From positions 6,816,001-6,880,000 of the forward strand of contig OY762007.1 of the NCBI GenBank assembly GCA_963665115.1: a stretch of DNA of 64,000 bases, in the 5' to 3' direction. The stretch's first letter is position 1. The number at the start of each line of letters is the position of its first letter. Positions 54,015 through 64,000 of the stretch are shown here, piece after piece. The DNA is from an uncultured Rivularia sp. (lineage in GTDB: Bacteria > Cyanobacteriota > Cyanobacteriia > Cyanobacteriales > Nostocaceae). The notes below the pieces were generated by a model that made no database searches, was not told the origin of the DNA, and worked only from the letters and a program-made list of their open reading frames with translations. Both the position numbers and the translations under genes were made by a program.

Positions 54015-54637
54015 GTGACAACAGTTAACGATTCACAGTTTAAAAGCTATTTAGAAGCCATCAGCGAAAATTATAAATGCTGGTGGAATCTCTACACGTT
54101 GACAGATGCCGAAGGTAAGAAAAAGCAAGAAAAGCAAGAAAAAGAACAGCTTTCATCACCTTTTGATTTTGGGTTGATGGTGCATAGCGTGGAAACCCAA
54201 ACAAAAACAAGAAAAGCAAGAACAAGAAAAGCAAGAGAAAGAAAAACAAGAGAAAGAAAAACAAGAGAAAGAAAAAATAGAACGTTTACCTGTGTTAGAA
54301 GGTATTCGTAAATACGCTAATAATCATGTGTTGTTAGTGGGTAAACCAGGCTCGGGTAAATCGACGGCTTTAGCACGGTTATTGTTGGAAGATGCACAAG
54401 CGGCAAGTTCAAGAAACCACACAACCATTCCTGTACTTGTAGAATTACGCTATTGGCATGAACCAGCCGATTCAAGATACATCCGCAATCAAGTTTGCTG
54501 AAGGTTTTTATGATGGATTGGGCTATGATTCGGAAAAGCAAGATATGTTTCAAAGAGCTTTTCAAGAAGGTTTAGTCGCGATTAAATTAGATAATATTTC
54601 TCAAGCTGAGATTCCAGTTATGAAAAAAAAATATTAA
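54015..54637 (+). pseudogene. Internally deleted NACHT(STAND)-CHAT gene remnant
   Basis: N-terminus through Walker A GKPGSGKST and IPVLVELRYW joined out of frame to CHAT-like C-terminus GMNQPIQD.SAIKFAEGFYDGLG...IPV. Confidence 0.72.
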
Positions 54638-54673
54638 AACAAAATTAAATTATCAAATAAATTAACAAAACAA

Positions 54674-54698
54674 AGACGTAGCAATGCTACGTCTCTAC
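54674..54698 (-). repeat. GTAGAGACG REP, inverted partner of 53699-53723
   Basis: AGACGTAGCAATGCTACGTCTCTAC. Confidence 0.85.
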
Positions 54699-54719
54699 AC
54701 CCCTAGCTTTTAATCCCCA

Positions 54720-56486
54720 TTACTCCATCTCCCCATCACCTTTATGGGGAAATTTTGGTAATTCTACAGATGCAAGGGATTTTCGCCCTTTAGGTGGACG
54801 TTTGGGATAAATCAATGGTGAAGGAGAATTATTATGGGAGTCTGTATCGCTTGTTATATCGAAAGCTGGGGCATTCTGGGATAAGTCAAAAGCTGGAAAA
54901 TGCGAAACTTCTTCCCAGTAATCTTGAATTTCATAATCTTGAGTTTCGTTGATACTACTGTCATTCATGGATGAGGTGAAAGTTACTGTATGCTCATCCT
55001 CAGTAAAGGAAGTTTGATGAGTTTCAACATTCACGACACCATCGTTATTAGTTCCACGAGGTTCGATAACAGTTTTCCAAACAGGAGCTTTATCTTCATC
55101 TTCATCGGTTTCTGTATCTTGCTCTTGGGGAGATTGTGAGGATACAGATTCTGTTTGAGAAGCAAAAAATGTTTGGATAACGCTGTCTAGTTGTTCTTCT
55201 AAATCGGATGGATCTGATGGGGGAACTACTTCAATAGTTGTTTGCTCGGTTGCCGAATCTAACGGAGGAATTACTCGATTGACAGTTATTTCCTCGGTTG
55301 CCGAATCTAACGGAGGAATTACTCGATCGACAGTTGTTTCCTCGGTTGCCGAATCGCGATCGCCTAAATCATTATTTACATTGTTATCTGTTTGAGTCTC
55401 GTCTGTATATTCGTCTTTGTTTATATCGGCATGAGCGGTAAATTCCCAAGTAGAAGATTCTTCGGGAATTGAATTTTCGCTGTCATTAGCTGCCAATGTT
55501 GTGAGATTTTCTTCCCAAAGGTCATTTTGTATCTTATAGGAATCTGCGGGAGCCGACCAAGGTTTAATCGACTGCATACTGCTTATACCTTTGGTTCGCT
55601 TAGGTTTATTTAACTGCGAATTATTTGTTAGATTGAGGAAATTACTGTCGCTATCATCAAAGGTATCGCAACCAGGAATTGATGTTTCCAAACTCTTTTC
55701 TAGGGCAGCTTTGAATTGTAAAGTTTGACGCTGCTGGCGCTTGAGTCTAGTGCGTAACTCCCGACAAGCATTTTCCGAGTGCGATAAAAGCCTCGTTTGT
55801 TCGCTGTACTTATTTTGGATCGAAGCACATTCTCTTTCCAACTGAGCCAGACGTTGCTGATTCAATTCGAGCTGTCCTCTATATGACTCAGCACGGCTTT
55901 CATGACGTTGAGCATTTTGTGCGGAATTTTCTAACTGTTCAAACAAAGATTGTATCTGTGCTTGAGCAGCGTTTAATTCCTGAGTTTGCTGTTTCAACAT
56001 CGATTCTGCAACTGTTGAACGCTTTCTTTGTCGCTGCAAAGCTGCTTCTGATTCGCTTAAAGCGGTAGTAAGTTGCTCCGCTTGCTCGTACAGTTGGTTG
56101 TTGGCGTTTTGTAATTCTCCGTTTAATTCCAGTAGTTTCTCAAATTCCGCATTAACTATCCCTTGTTGCTCGACGTTAGGTTCAGCAACCCAATCTGAGT
56201 CAGTTTCCTCATCGAATTGAGGCGATCGATCCTCTTGAGCATCAATAGTTATTTCGACTTCTGTATCAATATGTTCTGTGACTTCCTCTTCCTCCGAGTA
56301 ATCCGCAGCCGGAGACGGCAGGGATTCTTCAGTAGCTGGAGCTAGCAACAGTAATTCTCTCGCTTTATGTTCGCCAGCTAAAATCGAATAAAAAGGATTA
56401 ATCGTCCCTTCAGACGACTGTGGCGAATCAACATTTAAATTTTTAATATTAGCCCCATCATCCGGGGTTTGGGCTTCATACATCAC
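54720..56486 (-). CDS. Coiled-coil acidic hypothetical protein (conserved cyanobacterial family)
   Basis: Long coiled coil, CRELRTRL.RQQRQTLQFKAALEK and terminal PSPL.YP.RPPKGRKSLASVELP.F motifs. Confidence 0.85.
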   Translation of the reverse strand: MMYEAQTPDDGANIKNLNVDSPQSSEGTINPFYSILAGEHKARELLLLAPATEESLPSPAADYSEEEEVTEHIDTEVEITIDAQEDRSPQFDEETDSDWVAEPNVEQQGIVNAEFEKLLELNGELQNANNQLYEQAEQLTTALSESEAALQRQRKRSTVAESMLKQQTQELNAAQAQIQSLFEQLENSAQNAQRHESRAESYRGQLELNQQRLAQLERECASIQNKYSEQTRLLSHSENACRELRTRLKRQQRQTLQFKAALEKSLETSIPGCDTFDDSDSNFLNLTNNSQLNKPKRTKGISSMQSIKPWSAPADSYKIQNDLWEENLTTLAANDSENSIPEESSTWEFTAHADINKDEYTDETQTDNNVNNDLGDRDSATEETTVDRVIPPLDSATEEITVNRVIPPLDSATEQTTIEVVPPSDPSDLEEQLDSVIQTFFASQTESVSSQSPQEQDTETDEDEDKAPVWKTVIEPRGTNNDGVVNVETHQTSFTEDEHTVTFTSSMNDSSINETQDYEIQDYWEEVSHFPAFDLSQNAPAFDITSDTDSHNNSPSPLIYPKRPPKGRKSLASVELPKFPHKGDGEME

Positions 56487-56914
56487 TCTTCACCCACCAG
56501 CTTCAATTTGAAAGCAGACACAACGGTATAATTCTTCATTATTGATGCTGTCTTAACAAAATCTTCTCTTTAAGGCAAGACATACTTCCCCCGATACAAG
56601 TAATTAATTATCGGCTTTGTTGCCAAACACCCGTTAACAGCGCAAAAATCGAATTTGAGAAATATTTACAAATTCAATACAGTGCAAAACAATTGTCATC
56701 AAACAGCAATTTTTAATTAATTCACCGTGCTTCACAATTGCTTCAAATAATTTAGATATTGTATTCTAATGTAGCAAATTACTCCCCCCTATAGGCAAGT
56801 GATAGTTGTAACAGGGGGAGGGGGGAGATGGACAAGTAGCGAGTAAAGAGTAATGAGTAAAAAGTTGAATTTACAAGCGACTTACAACTTTTAACCCCTA
56901 ACTTATAACGATTA

Positions 56915-57031
56915 ACTCCCTACTCCCAACTCCCTACTCCTTACTCCTTACTCTCTACTCCCTACTCCCTACTCCCTACTCCCAACTCTCTACTCCCTAC
57001 TCCCAACTCCTTACTCTCTACTCCCAACTCC
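56915..57031. repeat. STRR heptamer array (TACTCCC variants)
   Basis: Tandem 7-mers. Confidence 0.9.
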
Positions 57032-58529
57032 TTAAGGAAGCCAACGAGGATAAAAACCTACGAAAGGAAGTTTTTCGGGTTTTAGTTCTGCGTTAAGATT
57101 ACCGTCGCTAATTGGTAATAAAGGCATTAACCATAAACTGCTTGTGCTAATTTCTTGCCCGTCGTCTGTTTTTAAAGGGTTTCGTGTAAATGAATTAGAA
57201 GTATCTGTTGTTGATACAATTTGGTCGAATAATAACCCCAAACCATCGGGAGACAAACTCATATGTAAGTCTCGTTTGTCGGAAGGTAATATTAATATTG
57301 GTTTCTGCTGTCCGGTTTTAAGATTAATTGCGACCAAATATGGCTGCTCTTGATATTCTTCTCCAGGTAATAACTGGGTTAATAAACAGTAAAGCGTGGG
57401 TGAGGCTGGATCGAATTCACACTTTAAAATTGAACCTGTAGTTTTTATTAGTTCTTTTTCAGTGCCTTGGTTATCTACTAAAAATAAGTCTCTTGTGTAA
57501 TCGGTGTTGAATTTGATTAAAACTGCTTGAGAGCCATCTTTAGAAAAAGCTTGCAGTACACCAAATTGTGGGAGAAAATCTAGAGGCTTGCTAGCGTCTG
57601 TTTGTATCGGCAGTATTGCCGTTCCTTTTCCTTGAGCAACTGCTACGGCTTGACTATCAGGAGTTATCAGAAAGTCTCCTCCTGGTTTCTTCGCTTTTTA
57701 TACGTTGGGGTTCGCCGTTTTTACTGTTATCTTCGACTGATAGAAACCATAGCCCAAAATCACTAGGATTATTTTTGTGTGCCCTTTGTAAAACTATAGT
57801 TTTTCCGTCGGGGGATAAGTCAAATTTAAGGATTTGATATTCTTTACTATCTAAAACTAAATCAACTTTACCTGGTGGTTTTGCCTTTGTTGCTTTATCT
57901 GCTTTAATACCTGTGGAAACTGTATATAGTTGAGCCGATAAAATATCTTGACTATTTCTTGTATGAGCCGAAAATAGAATTCTATCTCCTTGAGTGAATG
58001 GCTCAAAATCCAATACTATCAAGTCTTTAGGAGTTAATAATCTTTTATTCTGTTGGGTTAAGTTGTATAGAACTAGCCTTCCTCTTTCTTTATTTTCTGC
58101 ACCTAAGTAAAGAATAACTCTGTCGCGGGAAACAAAGTTACCTGTAAAAGGTTGGATAACTTTCTTTGTTCCTTTCGCAACAGCAAATTTATCTTTAGCA
58201 TCTTCTAACTTTACTTTATAATTTTCTCCGTAAGGGGCTGGAGTCAAAAGTGTATAAACCATTCTTCGTCCTGCCCAACTTATTTTTCCAGCCAAAGGTG
58301 GTTCGATTTTTAAATTATTTTCTACACTTTCAATGTCCATTGGACGACTAAAAGTAAGACCAAAAGATATATCTTCGGCTCCAATTTTTGAATTTTCCCA
58401 GCTAAAGTTGCGAACGCTTGGTTTAACCGCATCACCTTGCAATATTATCAATCCAATCAATACGGTTAATACTATTATTAGTGCTAAAGATGCTTTATCT
58501 AAGGGCTGAATATTTTTTTTGCTTATCAT
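57032..58529 (-). CDS. Membrane-anchored Ig-like (Big_5) + beta-propeller/TolB-like protein (+1 frameshift ~57690)
   Basis: TM, LTFSRPMD..SVE, LSPDG repeats; deleting one A in GAAACC joins the frames through PGGDFLITPDS to YPRWLP. Confidence 0.82.
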
Positions 58530-58718
58530 TCTATTTTAGATTTTAGATTTTGGATTGATAGTTGTTAGTTAATAGTTGTTAGTTGATATTTGTTGAACAC
58601 TATCTCAGTAATTATGCTCTATATAAACGCTATAATATAACAGAATATAAGGCTCTATTACCTACTCTATTATGAATTTTAAAACATCTTCTACTAACCA
58701 TCAACCACTAACAACTAT

Positions 58719-59492
58719 CTAATAACTATAAGGATTTTTAGGTTGAGAAACTTTTTTCATAGAATTCGAGATAATTGTTAATTGGCGTTTTCCTGAAAGA
58801 GTTTGTGTTGCCATTTCTCCTTCTACTTCAAACCAACTATCTTTTTTAAATTCTTCTCTTGTTTGACCTTGTTTTAATTTTACGGGTAAGCCTACTGGGT
58901 AAGCATCTGCGGCACAACAAGTAAGCACAAATCGTGCTAAGAATAAATATTCATTCCCTAAATCTGGCGGGTGAATCACAAATCCTTTTACCTTTACTTT
59001 TTGTCCGGTATATGCATCTGGTTCTGGATAAACGCTCAACGTGCGCGTCCAATCTACTAAGGAACGTTGTTCGGGACGAACGGAAGTGCGGAATGACTGC
59101 GGTTGGAGACGAGAATTTGCTTGCCCGAATTCAGCTACCCCTCTTTGTATTGCTTTATCGCTGGCAAAAACTTGGGGTGCAACTGCAAACCCTAAAATTG
59201 CGACTACGATTAATAAAAAGCTACCCAAACGAGGGGGTATCAAGTTCATATGTTGAACATCCCGCTCGGCTTCGCGTTGTCGCAAAAGCTGCATTCCTTT
59301 AGTAATACCAATAATTATTAATACGATGCCAGCTACAACAACTAATGCAAAGTAATTAGGGTGAATAAGTAAATACAGCTGTTGTGAGAGCCAATATTTT
59401 AATAATAAAAATCCCCATGCCGTAATTGCAAGGACATCTAACCAAGGAAGTAAATTCTTTAAAGTTTTTGATGGACGTTTTCTGTAACTCAT
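58719..59492 (-). CDS. TIGR03943/DUF1980 (YcgQ-like) putative permease subunit
   Basis: LLIHP, RFVLTCCAADA and PKNPY motifs. Confidence 0.9.
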   Translation of the reverse strand: MSYRKRPSKTLKNLLPWLDVLAITAWGFLLLKYWLSQQLYLLIHPNYFALVVVAGIVLIIIGITKGMQLLRQREAERDVQHMNLIPPRLGSFLLIVVAILGFAVAPQVFASDKAIQRGVAEFGQANSRLQPQSFRTSVRPEQRSLVDWTRTLSVYPEPDAYTGQKVKVKGFVIHPPDLGNEYLFLARFVLTCCAADAYPVGLPVKLKQGQTREEFKKDSWFEVEGEMATQTLSGKRQLTIISNSMKKVSQPKNPYSY

Positions 59493-59627
59493 TGCCTATT
59501 GATTATGGGTGTGAGGAAGCGAACACATTAAAATCGATGGAAAGCGAAATTTACCATTAACACAGACACGGACTTAAATCATTTCACTCTCGAATTATCA
59601 ATGAATAATATATTAATATTGAACTTT

Positions 59628-60686
59628 TTAAATAAAATGTAAATTGACTATCAGACAAAACAAAAACGTTAATTGCGCTGCTAATACGAAGAGATAAATA
59701 ACTGCTTTAGGTTTAAATATTGATAGCATCAAGCCAATCCCTTTTAGGTCAATCATCGGACCAAAAACTAAAAAGGCTAATAAAGAACCGCTTGTAAAGC
59801 TCGAAGCAAAAGACAAAGCAAAGAAAGAATCAACAGTAGAACAAATAGATACAACTGTTGCTAGTACCAACATTGTAAGTATAGAAACAATTGGACCTAT
59901 ACCCAAACTGAGAATTAATTCGCGGGGTGCTAAAACTTGAATTGCTGCGGCGATCGCACTTCCTAAAACAAGTACTGCACCTAGTTCGCGTAATTCTTGT
60001 ATGGAATTTTCTATGACAAGTCGCATTTTGTCCCAGAAGGGTTTATTCGGACTATAAGCAGGAAGAGTAGCTTCGGTTGCCGCAGTTTCCATCCGCACGG
60101 CTTGCCCGCCAAGTTTGCCACCTAATAAATAAGTACCGGGCTTTAAGATGCTCGGTACTGCTGTTTCTTTTTCTAAGTCAGAACCTTCGAGAAGTCCTTT
60201 TGCCAAAGCTTTTTGCGGTTGATTAAATTTTAAATAGCGAGCAAGTGTTGGCTGAACTATAGGACTTAAGTCTTTTTGAAAGCTGAAAATGTAGCCGATA
60301 ATTGTGGCTATTAATAAAGAAAATACTACTCTTAATACTACTATTTCCGGCTGGTCGCGGAATGCAACCCATGTCACCCAAATTACAATTGGATTGATTG
60401 TTGGGGCTGCGAGCAAAAAACCAATAGCAAAAGGTGTAGGGGCACCCTGAGTTATCAATCGCCGCGCTACCGGAACGTTACCGCACTCGCACACGGGGAA
60501 CAAGAAACCCAAGAGACTTCCACAAACAGCTGCAAGTAAGGGATTTTTTGGGACTTTTTCTACCAGCGCCCGCTCGTCAACAAAAAACAGCAGCATACTG
60601 GAGAACAAAACTCCTATCAACAGAAAAGGAATCGCCTCCACTAACAAACTAAGGAATATGGTATAGCCATTGCTAAGTTGATTCAT
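59628..60686 (-). CDS. Permease, DUF318/ArsP_1 (YcgR-like)
   Basis: FPVCECGNVP, LLAAPTINP, SICSTVD.F.A and FGPMIDLK motifs. Confidence 0.92.
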   Translation of the reverse strand: MNQLSNGYTIFLSLLVEAIPFLLIGVLFSSMLLFFVDERALVEKVPKNPLLAAVCGSLLGFLFPVCECGNVPVARRLITQGAPTPFAIGFLLAAPTINPIVIWVTWVAFRDQPEIVVLRVVFSLLIATIIGYIFSFQKDLSPIVQPTLARYLKFNQPQKALAKGLLEGSDLEKETAVPSILKPGTYLLGGKLGGQAVRMETAATEATLPAYSPNKPFWDKMRLVIENSIQELRELGAVLVLGSAIAAAIQVLAPRELILSLGIGPIVSILTMLVLATVVSICSTVDSFFALSFASSFTSGSLLAFLVFGPMIDLKGIGLMLSIFKPKAVIYLFVLAAQLTFLFCLIVNLHFI

Positions 60687-61761
60687 AGGTGTCGTTTATT
60701 TTGACTTTCAAGTCCGCTTTGATATTATCGGATATGTTTCGTTATTTTAGCGAAATCGGGAATACACGCACGTAGGTAAAGTAAACTATACATCATTTCT
60801 ATATTTATTCCCGCAAGTTTAGATAATTTTTCAGTAAATTACTTTTTCAATTAGCGCGGAAATAAACCGATCTTTTGATTTAGAAACCTTGAATAGCCTA
60901 TAACTCTATAACTAAGATTTAAACCCCGTACTATATGCATTTTGGTCTTTGTTCATGTGAAGATATTAAATCAGTTCTGGAAAAACAAAGAATCAATGAC
61001 TGAAAACGAATAAAAAACTTTACGGAATGTATTTCGATTTTTATTTATACCTCAAGAATAAAGAACATGACTTGGCTATATTGTTAGAGCATAATCTAAA
61101 TACAAATGGTTCCAACTTTATAGTTTAAGTTCTGAAGTAAGAAATTGTTATCAGTCTTTTTCTATACTTACAGTAATTTAACTTTATATGATGTCATCTT
61201 TGACGCATTTTTAGAAAAAGACAACCTATTGTTAAAGCTGATGGTATTCATCTTTCAAATTCTATTTGATGTGAGATTTACTCCGGCAAAAGTAATACTT
61301 AAGCTTTAGTATCATCTCCCGGAGGAAGTCTTAATACTGTTTTCTGCTTTACTCTGCGATTCTTGTTATGCCTTGCGATAGAGTTTTATAGCATCACAAA
61401 ATTTAATTCGGTCAAATATGCCTAAAAACAGCGAAAAAATCCGATCATAGCGAATATTTTTGGTTTTTGCTGTCGATTCAGCCCTATGCTCTTTGTTAAT
61501 AAATACAGATATAAAGTCTTTTTATTATTTAACAAATTAATATTCACTATTATTTACCTCAAGTTTCAATCCTTCGGATGAAGACATCAGGAAAAATTTA
61601 AGGGATGATATAAACAGTTGATTAAACAGAAAGTTTAGCAACTCTTAATTATTAAGATAAAGTTTAAATTGCGTCGGAAAGACAAAATACAAAATTTTAT
61701 CTTCATTTAATAAATAAAGAAGAGTTGTTTAGTGGTGGAGGAATTTAAAGGAATTTAAACT

Positions 61762-62217
61762 ATGAAAACTCAAATTATCGCAGCAGCAGCAGCATTAACT
61801 ACTATGTTTTTAGGCGCTCCTGTTCAAGCCGAAAAGCCTGTAGTATCGCAAGAAGCATTAGAGCTAACTGAAACAAGAGAATGTTACGCTTGTAATTTAA
61901 GAGGTGCCAATTTAAGAGGCGCTCATTTAATTGGTGTTGATTTAAGAAACGCTAATTTAAGGGGTGCTAACCTTGAATATGCTAATTTAAAAGGTGCTGA
62001 TTTGACAGGTGCTGATTTGAGAGGTGCCAATTTACAAGGTGCTTATATTAATGGCACAACTTTGGATAAAGCTGATTTGACTAATGCCAACTTGAGAAAT
62101 TCTCAGCTATACAGCGCTCAATTAGAAGATGCAACATTGGTTGGTGCGGATTTAGCTGGTGCGAACGTATTTAATACTTCAGTAGGTGTTGGTGGTCAAT
62201 ACCTCGAAGAACAATAA
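61762..62217 (+). CDS. Exported pentapeptide-repeat protein
   Basis: Signal peptide, C..C.L and A(N/D)L repeats. Confidence 0.92.
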   Translation: MKTQIIAAAAALTTMFLGAPVQAEKPVVSQEALELTETRECYACNLRGANLRGAHLIGVDLRNANLRGANLEYANLKGADLTGADLRGANLQGAYINGTTLDKADLTNANLRNSQLYSAQLEDATLVGADLAGANVFNTSVGVGGQYLEEQ

Positions 62218-62261
62218 TAAGACTTTTAACTATTACGAATAATTTTATAAATAATTTTTAT

Positions 62262-62288
62262 GTAGAGACGCAAAATTTCGCGTCTCTA
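62262..62288. repeat. GTAGAGACG REP palindrome between convergent genes
   Basis: GTAGAGACGCAAAATTTCGCGTCTCTA. Confidence 0.75.
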
Positions 62289-62307
62289 TTTTTGCGTTTC
62301 TACACTA

Positions 62308-63651
62308 TTATTCACCCGTAATCGACAAACCTTCAACCCAAATCCGGGGACAAACTCCTCCGGGAGTTAATTCTCCTTCCTTCTCAACAAAAACAATTGA
62401 TTTAAGAAGTTCGAGAAAATCTCCAGCTATAGTTGCCGAATCAATACTAGTTTTTTCTCCTTTATTGATCAACCAACCGTCAAAAGGTAAAGAGAATGAA
62501 CCTTGTAAAGCCCTGACTCCTGCATGAAGTGCCTGTAAATCATCAACCAAAATAACATTTTCAGCAGTGTCTAAACTAAACTGTTGTTCTGGTGCTTCAC
62601 TTGCAAAAACGTGATAAAAGTTAGGACTGATGGTAACTTTAGCACCGATATTAGCATTACCCGTCGGTTGAGCATTCATCCGCTTCGCAGTACCCGCACT
62701 ATGAAGAAAATTCTTCAAAACTCCGTTTTCAATTAACGATATCTGACGAGTAGGAGTACCTTCACCATCAAATGTTTCTGCACCAATATTTGCTGAATGC
62801 AGTGCATCATCGTAAAGCGAAAGCAAAGGAGAAGCGATTTCTTTATTTATATCGTCGGGAGTAGATAAGCTCTGCTTATCAAGAATACTTTGAGCGTTAA
62901 ATAAATTAGAAAAAGCACCGAGCAAGCTTAAAAAAGCATCTGGTGAAAACACAACCATATACTTACCAGTCGGAATTTTTCGATAATTCAAGTGACTGAT
63001 AGTCTTTTCGGCAGTTTCTTTGATGCAGCCATCAATATCTAAATCGTTAACGCCATAACTAATTCTAAAAGCACCACCACTACGCGGTTTTCTACCTTCC
63101 TGCTCAGTTTTACTGTAGAGAAAAACGGATGCCAAAGAGTGTGATTCGGCTCTCATTGCACCATCACTATTAAGATAAAATCGGTCAATTTCTCTTTGCG
63201 ACAAAGAATTATAAGGTACTCCCTTAATCGCTTCATGAGCAGCAAGTACTTCTTTTTCTGCTGCTAACAGACTATCTATCAAAGATGGAACCGGGGCTTG
63301 AGGGGCTTTTTCTTTAGATGTACCGTTGTTTATTGCAGCTTTAGCTTCGGGGCTAAAATCGGGTACATTTTCTTTGACACCAAACGTACTTGCTTCAAAT
63401 GCAGTTTTTAAAGCCAACTCCAACCCTTTGGAATCTACATCTGTAGTACTTGTGACACCCATCGTATTGTCTTTATTCCAGACTCTAACCGTGACACCAG
63501 AAAGATTGGTTGCTTTAACTTGCTTCGGCTCACCTTGGTCAACTTGAACGCTGGTTGAATCTACTGATGAACCGAAAATATCAAACTTTTTAATACCAAG
63601 TTTATTGGCACTTTCCTTCGCAGAAGCTGCTATTTCCTGTATGTTAGGCAT
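62308..63651 (-). CDS. pmbA: TldD/PmbA family protein (PmbA/TldE-like)
   Basis: FDGEGTPT, LIENGVL, PTGNA, GSFSLP; no HEXXXH seen. Confidence 0.85.
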   Translation of the reverse strand: MPNIQEIAASAKESANKLGIKKFDIFGSSVDSTSVQVDQGEPKQVKATNLSGVTVRVWNKDNTMGVTSTTDVDSKGLELALKTAFEASTFGVKENVPDFSPEAKAAINNGTSKEKAPQAPVPSLIDSLLAAEKEVLAAHEAIKGVPYNSLSQREIDRFYLNSDGAMRAESHSLASVFLYSKTEQEGRKPRSGGAFRISYGVNDLDIDGCIKETAEKTISHLNYRKIPTGKYMVVFSPDAFLSLLGAFSNLFNAQSILDKQSLSTPDDINKEIASPLLSLYDDALHSANIGAETFDGEGTPTRQISLIENGVLKNFLHSAGTAKRMNAQPTGNANIGAKVTISPNFYHVFASEAPEQQFSLDTAENVILVDDLQALHAGVRALQGSFSLPFDGWLINKGEKTSIDSATIAGDFLELLKSIVFVEKEGELTPGGVCPRIWVEGLSITGE

Positions 63652-63754
63652 AATTATTAATGAATAGGGAATAGGGAATAGGGAATTGGGAATAGGGAAT
63701 TGGGAATTGGAGAAGAAAGATGAAGGGATAATTCTTAACTCTTAACTCTTAACT

Positions 63755-63783
63755 GTACAGACGTAGCACTGCTACGTCTCTAC
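63755..63783. repeat. GTA(C/G)AGACG REP palindrome
   Basis: GTACAGACGTAGCACTGCTACGTCTCTAC. Confidence 0.8.
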
Positions 63784-63803
63784 ACTCCTAACTCCTAACT
63801 CCC

Positions 63804-64000
63804 TTACCGTCCGCCAACGGTAATCGAATCAACTTTGATATGTGGCTGTCCTACAGTAGTATAAATGCTACCACTAACAGAGCCGCAGAAACCTGGTGCT
63901 AAAGACAAATCGCTCGAACACATGGAAATTTTATTCATGATTTCTTGAGCTTCGCCGATCAGAATAGCTCCTTTCAAAGGTTTCGTCATTTTACCGTTTT
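63804..64000 (-). CDS. tldD: TldD family metalloprotease, 3' end (partial)
   Basis: KGAILIG...GFCGSVSG....[13 protein letters not shown]. Confidence 0.88.
   Translation of the reverse strand, partial: NGKMTKPLKGAILIGEAQEIMNKISMCSSDLSLAPGFCGSVSGSIYTTVGQPHIKVDSITVGGR

Noticed and set aside
60690..61760. 1-kb divergent intergenic region as ncRNA, riboswitch or Zur site
   Set aside because: No recognisable motif; the closest Zur-like sequence is a poor match.

Overview
AT-rich chromosomal window from a filamentous, probably heterocystous cyanobacterium (Nostocales, Rivularia/Calothrix-like). The assignment is inferred from many HIP1 GCGATCGC octamers, heptamer STRR arrays and genes such as rpaB, ndhH, psb34 and cruA. 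Most genes are housekeeping: rpaB/radA, GMPP-PMM fusion, ABC ATPases, ssb with a LexA box, rsmH, ndhH, a MidA-type methyltransferase, thiO-thiG, cimA, cruA, a YcgR/YcgQ permease operon and tldD/pmbA. There are also two LEVG-type PEP-CTERM genes and a receptor-less CheB/CheB/CheR + histidine kinase cluster. The most striking structure is at 41.0-43.2 kb, a co-oriented array of ~88-bp GTAG-tailed imperfect hairpins with a conserved bulged base and an AT-rich variable loop. These hairpins separate single unrelated cargo genes and then stack as empty units, like an integron cassette array built from REP-type sites, with no integrase in the window. Small mobile repeats (REP/SDR-like, often nested) are abundant, and several are inserted in-frame into conserved enzymes. 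Nine genes each carry one +1 homopolymer frameshift, most likely assembly errors. No rRNA, tRNA or CRISPR array was recognised. Product calls come from motif recognition only, with no database search.
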